Part shown: positions 24,131 to 36,205 of the stretch, one piece after another
Position numbering within the stretch: position 1 is the first letter of the stretch
Layout: each line of letters opens with the position of its first letter
Assembly: GCF_018977255.1 (NCBI RefSeq)
Contig: NW_024704743.1
Coordinates: 20,586,001 to 20,650,000 of the forward strand
DNA from: Callorhinchus milii
Taxonomy: Eukaryota
Reading direction: 5' to 3'
Length of the DNA: 64,000 bases
Notes under the pieces: model-generated
Databases searched by the model: none
What the model was told of the DNA's origin: nothing
What the model saw: the letters and a program-made list of their open reading frames with translations, nothing else
Translations under genes and position numbers: made by a program

Positions 24131-26569
24131 CCGCTACAAACCTGTACACACAGTGTGCTAGCCCCCGCTACACTCCTGTACACACAGTGTGCTAGCCCCC
24201 GCTACACTCCTGTACACACAGTGTGCTAGCCCCCGCTACACTCCTGTACACAGTGTGCTAGCCCCCACTACACTCCTGTACACACAGTGTGCTAGCCCCC
24301 ACTACACTCCTGTACACACAGTGTGCTAGCCCCCGCTACACTCCTGTACACAGTGTGCTAGCCCCCACTACACTCCTGTACACACAGTGTGCTAGCCCCC
24401 ACTACACTCCTGTACACACAGTGTGCTAGCCCCCACTACACTCCTGTACACACAGTGTGCTAGCCCCCACTACACTCCTGTACACAGTGTGCTAGCCCCC
24501 ACTACACTCCTGTACACAGTGTGCTAGCCCCCGCTACACTCCTGTACACACAGTGTGCTAGCCCCCACTACACTCCTGTACACACAGTGTGCTAGCCCCC
24601 ACTACACTCCTGTACACACAGTGTGCTAGCCCCCACTACACTCCTGTACAGTGTGCTAGCCCCCACTACACTCCTGTACACAGTGTGCTAGCCCCCGCTA
24701 TACTCCTGTACACACAGTGTGCTAGCCCCCACTACACTCCTGTACACACAGTGTGCTAGCCCCCGCTATACTCCTGTACACAGTGTGCTAGCCCCCACTA
24801 TACTCCTGTACACACAGTGTGCTAGCCCCCGCTATACTCCTGTACACACAGTGTGCTAGCCCCCACTACACTCCTGTACACACAGTGTGCTAGCCCCCAC
24901 TACACTCCTGTACACACAGTGTGCTAGCCCCCACTACACTCCTGTACACACAGTGTGCTAGCCCCCACTACACTCCTGTACACAGTGTGCTAGCCCCCAC
25001 TACACTCCTGTACACAGTGTGCTAGCCCCCGCTACACTCCTGTACACACAGTGTGCTAGCCCCCACTACACTCCTGTACACACAGTGTGCTAGCCCCCAC
25101 TACACTCCTGTACAGTGTGTGCTAGCCCCCGCTATACTCCTGTACACACAGTGTGCTAGCCCCCACTACACTCCTGTACACACAGTGTGCTAGCCCCCAC
25201 TACACTCCTGTACAGTGTGCTAGCCCCCACTACACTCCTGTACACTGTGTGCTAGCCCCCACTACACTCCTGTACACAGTGTGCTAGCCCCCACTACACT
25301 CCTGTACACACAGTGTGCTAGCCCCCGCTATACTCCTGTATACAGTGTGCTAGCCCCCGCTATACTCCTGTACACAGTGTGCTAGCCCCCACTATACTCC
25401 TGTACACACAGTGTGCTAGCCCCCACTACACTCCTGTACACACAGTGTGCTAGCCCCCACTACACTCCTGTACACACAGTGTGCTAGCCCCCACTACACT
25501 CCTGTACACACAGTGTGCTAGCCCCCACTACACTCCTGTACACAGTGTGCTAGCCCCCACTACACTCCTGTACACAGTGTGCTAGCCCCCGCTACACTCC
25601 TGTACACTGTGTGCTAGCCCCCACTACACTCCTGTACACACAGTGTGCTAGCCCCCACTACACTCCTGTACACTGTGTGCTAGCCCCCGCTATACTCCTG
25701 TACACACAGTGTGCTAGCCCCCACTACACTCCTGTACACACAGTGTGCTAGCCCCCGCTATACTCCTGTACACACAGTGTGCTAGCCCCCACTACACTCC
25801 TGTACAGTGTGCTAGCCCCCGCTACACTCCTGTACACACAGTGTGCAAGCCCCCGCTACACTCCTGTACACACAGTGTGCTAGCCCCCACTACACTCCTG
25901 TACACACAGTGTGCTAGCCCCCGCTATACTCCTGTACAGTGTGCTAGCCCCCACTACACCCCTGTACACACAGTGTGCTAGCCCCCACTACACTCCTGTA
26001 CACACAGTGTGCTAGCCCCCACTACACTCCTGTACACAGTGTGCTAGCCCCCACTACACTCCTGTACACACAGTGTGCTAGCCCCCACTACACTCCTGTA
26101 CACTGTGTGCTAGCCCCCACTACACTCCTGTACACAGTGTGCTAGCCCATGCTACACTCCTGTACACACAGTGTGCTAGCCCCCACTACACTCATGTTCA
26201 CTGTGTGCTAGCCCCCGCTATACTCCTGTACACACAGTGTGCTAGCCCCCGCTATACTCCTGTATACAGTGTGCTAGCCCCCGCTACACTCCTGTACACA
26301 CAGTGTGCTAGCCCCCGCTACACTCCTGTATACAGTGTGCTAGCCCCCGCTACACTCCTGTACACACAGTGTGCTAGCCCCCGCTATACTCCTGTATACA
26401 GTGTGCTAGCCCCCGCTACACTCCTGTACACACAGTGTGCTAGCCCCCGCTATATTCCTGTACACACAGTGTGCTAGCCCCCGCTATACTGCTGTACACA
26501 TAGTGTGCTAGCCCCCGCTACACACCTGTACACAGTGTGCTAGCCCCCGCTACAAACTTGTTCACACAG
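24131..26569. repeat. Minisatellite, 34-bp unit tgtacacacagtgtgctagccccc(g/a)cta(c/t)actcc, roughly 70-75 copies
   Basis: Directly visible tandem array with period 34 (24143 to 24177). 32- and 30-bp variants arise from loss of CA dinucleotides. Confidence 0.99.
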
Positions 26570-27060
26570 ATAAAGAAATAATGAAGACTGAAGGGTTGGT
26601 GGTTATAACTATTATTCGTCACAAAATAGGTCCAAAATATGGATCTTTTGAGGTTATCAGTATATCTTCATTCAGATGAGTTACAGACAAAACAAGGATT
26701 GGCAGATGGATTTTATAAAATCTGTAGCTGTGCTTTTACCATCCACTAGAGGATAGTATGACATTTAGCGACACTATAGCTCAAACAGAATACAGTACAA
26801 CAAAATTGCTGCAGGGAGGACAACGTCTTGAGTTCTTTGAAGTGCAGATGAAGATAAAGCTGATTGAGGCAGAAGTAGTTTTTGTACACGTTAGCAACCT
26901 GCCATTTTCTTGAGAAAGCACATCATTGGCTTCATCAGGGTTTTTTTTGTGTGTGTGGCTCCTGCAACGAATAGAAAACAGCCGTGCAGAAACCAAAGCA
27001 CGATGCGTTGCCAGAGATGTCAGATACCATTCTGCGTGTATACCAATCAAAGCACTGCCA
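26570..27060 (+). mobile_element. Decayed, internally deleted piggyBac-like transposase remnant
   Basis: Across frameshifts: KEIMKTEGLVVI, FEVIS/YLHSD...ADGFYKI (cf. RF..I.RYLHF.D...DRLYKIR), then TCHFLEK and VC...RNQSTMRCQRCQIPFCV (cf. piggyBac C-terminal Cys-rich domain). Motif matching by eye only. Confidence 0.45.
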
Positions 27061-27669
27061 CGGGAGATAAAAAGCTTCTTAGAATATTGCTGAATTCTTT
27101 GAAGAACCACAGAAAGATTGATTTGGGAACTAGGTAGGTGTCTGGAACTAGAAAAGCCAGTTTTATCTAAAAAAAAGACATCTAATTTAGAAATCCAGCT
27201 TCTCTTAATTTCACATAATGTAGCCAAAAATGTAACTACAATGTCCAGTCCTAATCGATGCATATTGATTATTATATATACATATTATTTATATACCAGG
27301 CACTTTAGTATATTAATATATTAGCCATTATGGTTTGTCAACCATTTGGCAGATTTATGCAGCAAGTAAAGCTTCAAGGCCCCCATCACGCAGCCTGTGG
27401 AGGAAATTGTTTCACTGTTTTTCAAACTGCACACAAAGACAGCTGTGTTTAAAAAAAACACTAGTATGTAAATATGTAACTGCTCAAAATGAATTAAACA
27501 TACTGGATATATGACCAGCTATAGACACGTTTTAATCCTACAAAGCCAGAGGAACCAAATTGGAATTACTGTATTCAGCAAAGTCCTATACAGTGACATC
27601 AAGAATTTGTGTCTTTCAAGAATTTATTCCAATCGCTTGCAAAACTTCAACCAAATTTAGAAAGGCAAC

Positions 27670-28320
27670 AGAATGTGCACTGTTTGTAAGACTGTCCAGA
27701 AACTGGAGACTGCTGCCTGGTCAGTGACAGATGCCTATGTTAAACAGGCAACATTGACCATTTTGTTCCTCCAAAGAGAAATACATGACAGCACTGGAAA
27801 GTCATGCATACTAAAGAGGACAATGGAAACACTAGTCATGCAAACATGCCCAAGAAAGCAGAACTCTTCCATTGCTTTCAACAGGATGCTGAACAAATTT
27901 CTACTTGCTGAAAAACCTCTTTTCGTTTTTAAGCCATGTAAGCAAATTAAAACCACCAGGAAACACGATAGATGATGTAGCTCAAAATGTTGGGATTTGC
28001 ACAACTGACCAACAACATATTACAATCATGGAACAAATCTGCCACATACTGTATAAGATGATTTGCTGGAAAACAAGCACAAGAAGGAAGACAGCTGCTT
28101 ATCCTCAGACAAATGGCGATGACTGCACTGCACCTATTGTACTTTAATGCTTAAGCTGAAATGTTTTAGCAAAGTAAGAAGAAGCAATATTGTCACTTTA
28201 GTGATCATCAAAATTAAATGGATGGCCTTCTGGTTGTGCACAATAATGTCTTGAAACCTGCTAAGAACCGTAGCAGTTTTGGGCAATAAAAACTAAGGCC
28301 TCCAAATAACAACCCTGATT
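27670..28320 (+). mobile_element. Decayed Gypsy/Ginger-type DDE integrase remnant
   Basis: In colinear order: CTVC, TGKSCIL (cf. GNKYIL), TDQ (cf. SDQG), TAAYPQTNG (cf. T.AYHPQTNG), and downstream AIKTKASK*.P (cf. FA.RT...ST.YTP). Confidence 0.55.
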
Positions 28321-30734
28321 GTGAGAGTTCAATGACTGTAATGTGTGCTGAACTCTCCTGTATATAAATTAATAGACAATGGATTTATTCCTGACCTTTA
28401 CAATGAACTATATTCAACATCAGCTACAGTAAAATGCTGTGAAGCCACATACTAATAGCCATATCTATTAGAAGTGAAGCAATGTCAGCAAAAAAATTAC
28501 TTTCGTTCATGGTTACTAGGTTCACATTTTGTTCCCAAGCTGCATGAGGAAGCGAGATCTGATTCAGGCAAGTACATGAATAAAGACTCTCTCTCTCTCA
28601 CATGCACATACAACTAAAAAGTCATAAAAAGTGAGAGAGAACAAGGAAGGAGAAATGCACCAATTCAATATCTTCTCTGTGTTCATATCCAGAATTGCGT
28701 TGGTTACGATTAATCCCCAAGGATAGCGGGCTCTCTACCATATACCCGATTTAAAAAACACACAAAAAGGATTACCAGTGATAGATAATGAATGAAAAGA
28801 ATACTTTGAATCATTCCACCACTATTATCTACTCTGATATAGTCTATTCTGGGAATACAGTACTTGGCAAATCTACAGCACACAAACTATTTAATGTTAT
28901 AGCTCTCAATCAGTTTTGTGCTGTACAAATGTACAGCACACAAACTATTTAATGTTATAGCTCTCAATTAGTTTTTTTTAATATTTAAAAGAAAACTTGT
29001 TCCCGGACGGTTTAGCAGCCCACCCGAGAGCTTCAAACTAATCACAGTGGAGCAATCCCAGTTTGATTGGCACTGCCATAGCTGTACTGCGGAGTACACG
29101 GGGGCTCCTGTTGAAAGCATCAGCTCCAGGTGATGCCTGGAGCCACGCTCCAATTTAGTCACCCTGTCTTGGCTCGTATTTAGGGATTCATTGCCAAATC
29201 AGCTTTTCCCATTCCTTTTCCACATTTAGTCTGTGGGCAAAATAAAGCACAAGTGTTGAAGGATGCTGACAGGTAGACATTAGAACTTTCAGCACCTCAT
29301 TTGTCCAGTAATAAACAGTGTGAAGAGATGTGCATATTATTTTTTCAGTGAAGCTTGAGGAAGTATTTAAGAATGATCTACAAAACTTAATTTAATTGAA
29401 CATAATGATGGAAAAAAAAGTTTATAGTGAGAATCTCATCAAGAAATGTATCAAGGGAGTATTTATTCACTCCCATTCCATACTCAGACTCAGTCAGCAC
29501 TACCCCAGAAATCTCCTTTAAGCAACCTCCGCCTCACTTGTTCAAGTCTGAGATTTTCCTCCTAGTTTTCATTCCAGAGATCATTTGGGCAAGTCATGGC
29601 TTATACCTTTACTGATACTTGAATAACGGTGTCCAGATCAATTGGTCATTCATCTCATGGACCTTTTGTGGGACTTTATTGAGCAAAATATTAGATCACA
29701 GGAGTGGTCCTTTCCTGACAGTGAATAGCTAAAACTATCTATACATCCAAAGAATAACTGATGCATAAACTTCTATCATAAATCCAGTGCACAGCTGCAC
29801 TTTATGTAGGGTTTTAATAATCTGCAAACTGGGCAAGTGTAACGTTCAGATGTGCAACATTTGAAAAATACACAAAATACAGTCACTTTACAGTGAATCG
29901 CTTTTAGATGTCTCAACAGTGTGATAAGACGATATATCAAATGCAAGGACTATTATTATTATTCATTCTATTTAGCATTTTCTAACCAAAGAGGTGCAGT
30001 CAACGGACAAAATGGATTAGTTTAGAAGAGACAAGTTTCCTGGAGAGCTGGTGCCTGGAACAGATTTTTACAAAATGTCTACCCGATCCCTTCTACAATA
30101 ACAGGACCCATAGAAATAGATGGACATTTGGGTCAATTTACAATAGTCTTCAGCGGAGGACTCAGGGGACGAGGAGGAGGCCAGATCCGGAGGATACAAG
30201 CAAGTAAGAAATGTTTTCCAGCACAATATAATTGCAGGATTTAAGCCCAGATGGACATAAGGAGCTTGAACTATGGATATCAATATTGGAAGACAGATTC
30301 TTATCGACATGCAACAACTGGGTTGAGTTTGAGGCAATAAAAATGATCTATAGAGTTTGGAGTACAAAACAGAGGTTAGAGATTGGTGTTCAGTGAAATT
30401 TTACAGGAATATTTTGGATCGAAATTTATAGCTGAGTCCTAATCTGGGAATGATATAATATCAAGATGGTGAGAGGTCAAGGTCTTGGAAGACAAAAATA
30501 CCCCTGTAGAGTAACATTGTCCTATAAGCAGGTATTAGCTGAAATGTGAAAACTCAGTGAAATGCTTTGCAGGGCCAGATGGAAGAAGTCATATTTTGTA
30601 GGCGCAAACACAGACCTAAGTTATTGCAGAATTTTAGACAGATACATGTAAGTTCTATGACAAAATATAAGCTTTTTATTCAGCTGATGCAAGTAAATCA
30701 GAAAAGTATTTATATGAAATGATACCAACTATGA

Positions 30735-31033
30735 TACAACAACAACAAATTGGATTTATATAGTGCCCTCCATGCCGGACGGCGTCTCAGAGCGCTTCAC
30801 AGTAATGGATCCCAGGGCCAAGCCAGGGGGAGGGGGAGGAAGGTGACCAAAGGCGTTGTCGAAGAGAAAGGACTTCAGCAGAGACCTGAAAATAGGAAGA
30901 GAGGGGACGAGGCGAAGGGAGTGAGGAAGGGAATTCCAAAGCCCCTCAGCATAGTGGCTGAAAGCACGGCCGCCGAGGGTGGAGCGGAGGACTCGGGGGA
31001 CGAGGAGGAGGCCAGACCCGGAGGATACAAGCA
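30735..31033 (-). mobile_element. Young L2 3' fragment
   Basis: (CAA)n tail. ORF 30756-31049 gives LLLVPRV.RSTLGGRAFSHYA..LWNSLP...FRSLLKSFLF, the L2 ORF2 C-terminus. Confidence 0.9.
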
Positions 31034-31505
31034 CTTGCAAATGAAACAAAATATTTTATTCTGAATAAATTGGTAGAATTTTCATGCATGAGACCGAATG
31101 TCAATTATAACAGATGTCCCAACGTAAAAAAATCAATGTAAGAACTGAATAGCCAGATTAACGTACATGAAGATTGCTTAAGGCAGAACGGTGATCTTTG
31201 ATGTACTATTTCACTGAATGACAGGTTGACATCAATGATTTTCCCTTCGGGGATTTCAGACCTCAGCAGTCTATCAGGGACACCAGCAAGGAAAGTTGAA
31301 GCCCTCTCCTGGCTCTCCCTCTTTGTAAAGGCAAAAGAATGAAGGATGATTCAAGGCATACCATTATTGTAGTTAGAATCACAATGAAGGATATGGATCT
31401 CAACGTACAGCATTTTAGTCAACGGTTACCCGCACATCTTAATTACTTTACAGAACATTGTTAAATGAGAAAGACAGAGAAAGAAACATAAGGTATGAAA
31501 CTTAC

Positions 31506-31603
31506 TTATTGAAAAGATGGTTGTCCATCTTTATTTTGCTATAGGCTTTGAAGTCATCCGGCATCAACATTACTGGAATCTGCACGTGACTCAACTCATT
31601 GAT
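31506..31603 (-). CDS. PIP4K2A: PI5P 4-kinase type-2 alpha, internal coding exon (exon 2 equivalent, 98 nt)
   Basis: The minus strand reads ttttttgtttcttgcag|ATC AAT GAG TTG AGT CAC GTG CAG ATT CCA GTA ATG ... CTT TTC AAT AA|gtaag, i.e. [32 protein letters not shown](K). Splice sites are canonical AG/GT with a pyrimidine tract. SHVQIP matches the alpha paralogue as I recall it, rather than beta or gamma. Confidence 0.96.
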
Positions 31604-34390
31604 CTGCAAGAAACAAAAAACAATAAAGTTTTTCCGAAAATCTATACAGTTGCATTTTAACTTAAACCTTCACACGAGAATCAGCACTTTCATTCCTAAC
31701 TCCATATCGACCTCTCTGCTCCCTCCGCTCAGCAGGCTCTGGCCTGCTCCATGTTCTCCGCACCACCGGCCCCATCATTGGCGATCGGGCCTTCAGCCTT
31801 TCTGCCTCCACCCACTGGAACTCCATCCCATAGTCCCTGCTCCTGCATTTCCAAGCTACTTTCTATTTGTTCCTGGGTGCAATGAAAAGCAAAAATACCA
31901 GCTTATAAATGACACAGTCATGCTGATTGGGCTAAGAACGTTGTTATAGTTTTTCTTTCTCTCCAACATCACGAGAGAAAGATTGGTGGAAATCACACAT
32001 GTAAGAAAACTGATAATGAAACCAGACAGCATAAAAATGCCTTTGCAGTTTTTATTATAACCAACCAGAAAGCTTTCAATCCCCAATAGAAGTGGTTCAC
32101 CAACCTAAATGTAATAAAGCACAATCTTTGAAGTGCATCATCGAGTCAATCATCTGTGCCCATCTGCACTGAAACTACATAGTCTTGGCTCCGACCGCAA
32201 AGAAAATGAGAATTTACCAATTAATATTTTGGTTTAATGTCTCGTTTTTGGGGGGGGGGGGGTCAACCGTGTGTTTGACACACGATGAAACCCACCAAAC
32301 CCTATCACCAAAGACTATCCAAACCCAAACCATGATCCCCTGCCCCCAGTGACTGGTCAGCCCTTCCAGGTCCTGTTGATGAGCCAGGCTGGCTGTGCTG
32401 TCATCAGCAGTGCCCTGGAATACTGCGGACCTGCCTGGCTCAGGAACCAGACTACCGAGACCGCCGCAGAGGGCTGACTCGATTCTGACAATCCGTTACC
32501 ATTTTTATGTTGGCTGGTTTCATTTTTCTTACATCTGATTTCCATCAATCGTTCTCTTGTTATGTTGGAGAGCAAGAAAAACTGTAACATTCTCAGCTCA
32601 ATCTCAAAAATACCCGGGAAATTTACAGATATTCAGCGCCAAGGTTTACCTACCACCCCAGGAGGATAGTCTCTTATGTCTCATTGGAAGGACAGGATCT
32701 CTGACAATACAGCAGTCTCTCAGCATTGTACTGCAGTGTTAGTTTGGGCAATTCTATGGAGACTGTCTGACCAGTAGCCAGATATGACAAATCCTTATAG
32801 CTAGGGTAGACTTAGCCTTGTCTGCTGGGATATTTAGTCATGAGGAGTGTAAACAAAAGAACATGGTAGTCATGATGGAGTGGGATAAATGGACATAAAA
32901 GCAAATCATGACCATCTCATCCACATGAGGAAACGTGGTGGTATTTAAGGCAGAAAAAAAGTCAAATGTTTTCATTATCGAAAAACTTTTGGGCACTTTA
33001 TAATTTTTTTTAAAAAAAGCTGTATGACCAATTGGCATACAGAGAAACCACATCATGATGAAGGCAATTCTCACTCGATTGGCAGAATTTCTCCATATTT
33101 ATATTTTCAAGTGCTAGGTCAGATTTTGAAAGATACTTTCAGTTTGCAGGCTTATCAGACTGCACAGTAATTACAGGATATGATATTAGCCTCTGTATTC
33201 ATACTTTAGGTGGATATCTGAAATAAGATAAAATCACAAGGAGTATTGAAAGTCAAAATATAATGAGCTACTCCAGTCTATTCAGTAGTTACATGTTGAA
33301 ACATTACTTAAGAATACTTGAAAAACTTGTACACGTGCAGAATATATTTTGTGTGTTTTGAGGTTGACCTATCCCATTTTGCATTTTGAAAGATAAAGAC
33401 TTAAGAATTCTCGTGTAAGGTTTTGTTGAAACAGATGTTTAATGCCATCCATTAATTCTCACTCATCAACAATAATTAAGAGAATTTTGGTGTCAAACAC
33501 GTCCACACAGATGATGCATTCTTCTAGGTACCAATTAACCTCACTGTTAACAACTGGCTTGCAGGAGACATGACTAAAGAGTCTACTCATGGGTAACTTT
33601 CAAATGCCTAATACTGTCAGTGAGCAACCCCACGAGTGGCAAAGACAAGTTTAATGCAAAAGTCACCCTCATAGATAAAGGAACTATAAATGCCTTTTTT
33701 TTGCAGCCTCACAAATGCAATGCAATGTATTTTTTGTAACAGTTTCAAAGCATCATTTCCTTCAGGAAGTCACAAGCTTTTGCAGATAAGAGTGCAGCAA
33801 ACAAGCATTTGACACACTATAAGTCTAGGCTGACATTTCAGATGTACAGCACAACCCCAACTAAACCCCAACAGGCACACGGATCAGACAACTTCCCTGC
33901 AGACAAAACTTTCTGGTGACTGAATAAAATACTCAATTTTATATTGCCCTGTACTTTCAGTCATCGTTTATTCTCTAGATAGAGTTGAACAAAATTCAAG
34001 GCAATTGAGACACAGTTTAAGGCTAACTGCATAAAACCCCTTGCCAATAAAAGCTGAAATCTTTTTTATAAAATAGTACAAACAATGTAGTTGCAATTTC
34101 TAAACAGAACAACAGTATATACAACCAAACATAAATGAGCCACAAGTCATTTGGAGTGTTCCCAGCTGGCAAACATCTTTGTTGTAGCACTGGTGTATTC
34201 GAAGGATAGCACTGAACTGACAAAAATTACACCATCTTAAGTGAGTTGTGAATTAATTTGAATCAAGTGCTGGAAAAGGGTGTCCAGCAATGTAATTTTT
34301 CAATCCAAATCTATCTTGATGACTGTATGAGAAAAAACAACAAAACTACTTCAGGCCCAGGTGTACAATACATCTGAATAAAACATTTGA

Positions 34391-34718
34391 AATAATAATA
34401 ATCCTTGCATTTGACATAGCGCCTTATCACGTCTTTGAAATGTCTCAAAGCGCTTCACAAAATATACTGTAAACTGAATTGACCGAATACTTTGTGGTGA
34501 AATGTAGCAGCCAATTGCGCACAATAGTCGTGGATTGATTGACCAATTTTAAAAAATATATCTTTTTGGAGGGAAAGTGATCCATCTGCCAATTGACTAA
34601 CAACTGGGTTCTTACCTACTACTAGGTAAACAGAGGCATGTAGCCGAATGTTTCGCCCTGGCTGGGAATCGAACCCAGGTCCACTCGCTTGCAAGACAGA
34701 TGAGTGCCCTCTAACCAA
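34391..34718 (-). mobile_element. tRNA-derived SINE, long form
   Basis: (TAA)n-tccttgcatttg tail, central block, and head gggaatcgaacccagg. Confidence 0.9.
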
Positions 34719-35849
34719 TACGCAAAATAGCAGATTATAGAGCAAACTCTTACATTTTGGAACAAAACTACCTCTTGTTGCTTTTTGGCATAAGCAAAGG
34801 TCAATGTTCTACTCCAATCAGACCCCTATAAGTTTGATGGCAAAATATCAGATCCTTTAACATTCCCTTCCTCTCATCAGCTAAGCTCTGCATCCACTCA
34901 GCACCTTTTATTGTGTTTAGTTAATTTCCTTCCCAATCACCAGTTCTCCACAAAGCATTTTTAAAAGAAAAAAACATAAACACACTCGATATTGGAAAAC
35001 AAATCAGATACTTTGTACTGTTATCTAAAACGAGTGCAGTCTGATTAAAAACAGAGCACACTGATCTTATCCAAATAGCATTAAAAGTAAAAGTCATTCG
35101 ATATGATAGTATATGAAAGTAGTGTTATACTAATTATACTAACAAGAACTAAGGAAATGATTGTTCAATGTTCCACGAGTATAAGTTTAACAAGCATCAA
35201 TAATTCGAATTTACATATTTATTGGCAGTTTGAAGAATTCTAGCTTATAAAAGTTTGACATCCTATTTGTGAAAACGAGGTTTACATAGTACATGTACTC
35301 TGTCTTTAACACTAAAAACAATCTTCTTATGGCAGTGGTTATGATAACCACATGAAGTCTGTTTATTCAAAGTAATAATATTGGTGCTAAATAATTACTG
35401 AACATTATCTTACTATCTGCATATGAAATAGAAATTGAATATGGTACATTTAGTTCAGTTATAAAATTAAAACCAGATTGTCTGACAGATCTTTTCACAA
35501 ACCAGCTGAACTAACTGAGGCAGGGCTGTTTAGTGTAGTTTATTGTTCATTATCAAGTTATAAACAAGGCAAACTAAATATTAAAACATTGGCATTAATG
35601 TTCATCGATTAGCAGGTTGAAACAGATTTGGACAGATTGAGTGCAGATCTACCTGCATTTAGATACTATATTTATCAACAATCAAGAACCGAATTAACTG
35701 CATAATACATTTTTTNGTGAGGTCAAGAACATCCAAAGATATGAAGAGCACTATAATCACTTTCAAAACAGATACAATTGAATACAGATTGAATTTGCAT
35801 CAAAACCAACTTCCTCATAAGGAAAGCAGAACTATATTGGTGTATATAC

Positions 35850-36205
35850 TTTAAGACCGTCACACTCGTCTTCAAATTGCTTCATGCCCAGGCACCTCCC
35901 TACCTATCCTACCCGCTTATTCCTCATTCTATCACCTCTGCTTGGCTGGCTCCGGCTTCCGGCTTGGCCCTCATTCCCTCCACCATCGGGATCCGTGCTT
36001 TCAGCCACTATACCCCAATACTTTGGAACTCTCACCCTCAATCCCTCCTTCCTCATTTTCAAATCTTGCCTAAAGACCTTCCTCTTCGACCGTGCTTATG
36101 GTCACCTTCTCCCCATCCCCTGGCTCGGCATCAAACTCCGTCACTGTTAAGCGCCCTGACACACTACCTGTGTGAAGGCCGCTATTTAAATGCATGTTGT
36201 TGTTG
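35850..36205 (+). mobile_element. L2 3' fragment
   Basis: Encodes IGIRAFSHYTPILWNS and FKSCLKTFLFDRAY. Ends in gaaggccgctatttaaatgcat(gtt)n. Confidence 0.85.

Noticed and set aside
24131..26569. CRISPR-like array or repeat-protein ORFs (25745-25981, 26139-26477)
   Set aside because: Units are head-to-tail with no unique spacers and no cas genes, in a eukaryotic intron. The ORFs are by-products of the repeat and change frame with unit length.
32080..32110. PIP4K2A exon 1 end (VNH-like gtgaaccact on the minus strand)
   Set aside because: No preceding LMWG codons and no GT donor in the right place. Exon 1 is probably beyond 64000.
35716..35716. Single N in the sequence
   Set aside because: Assembly ambiguity or gap placeholder, not biology. 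Distances across it may be unreliable.
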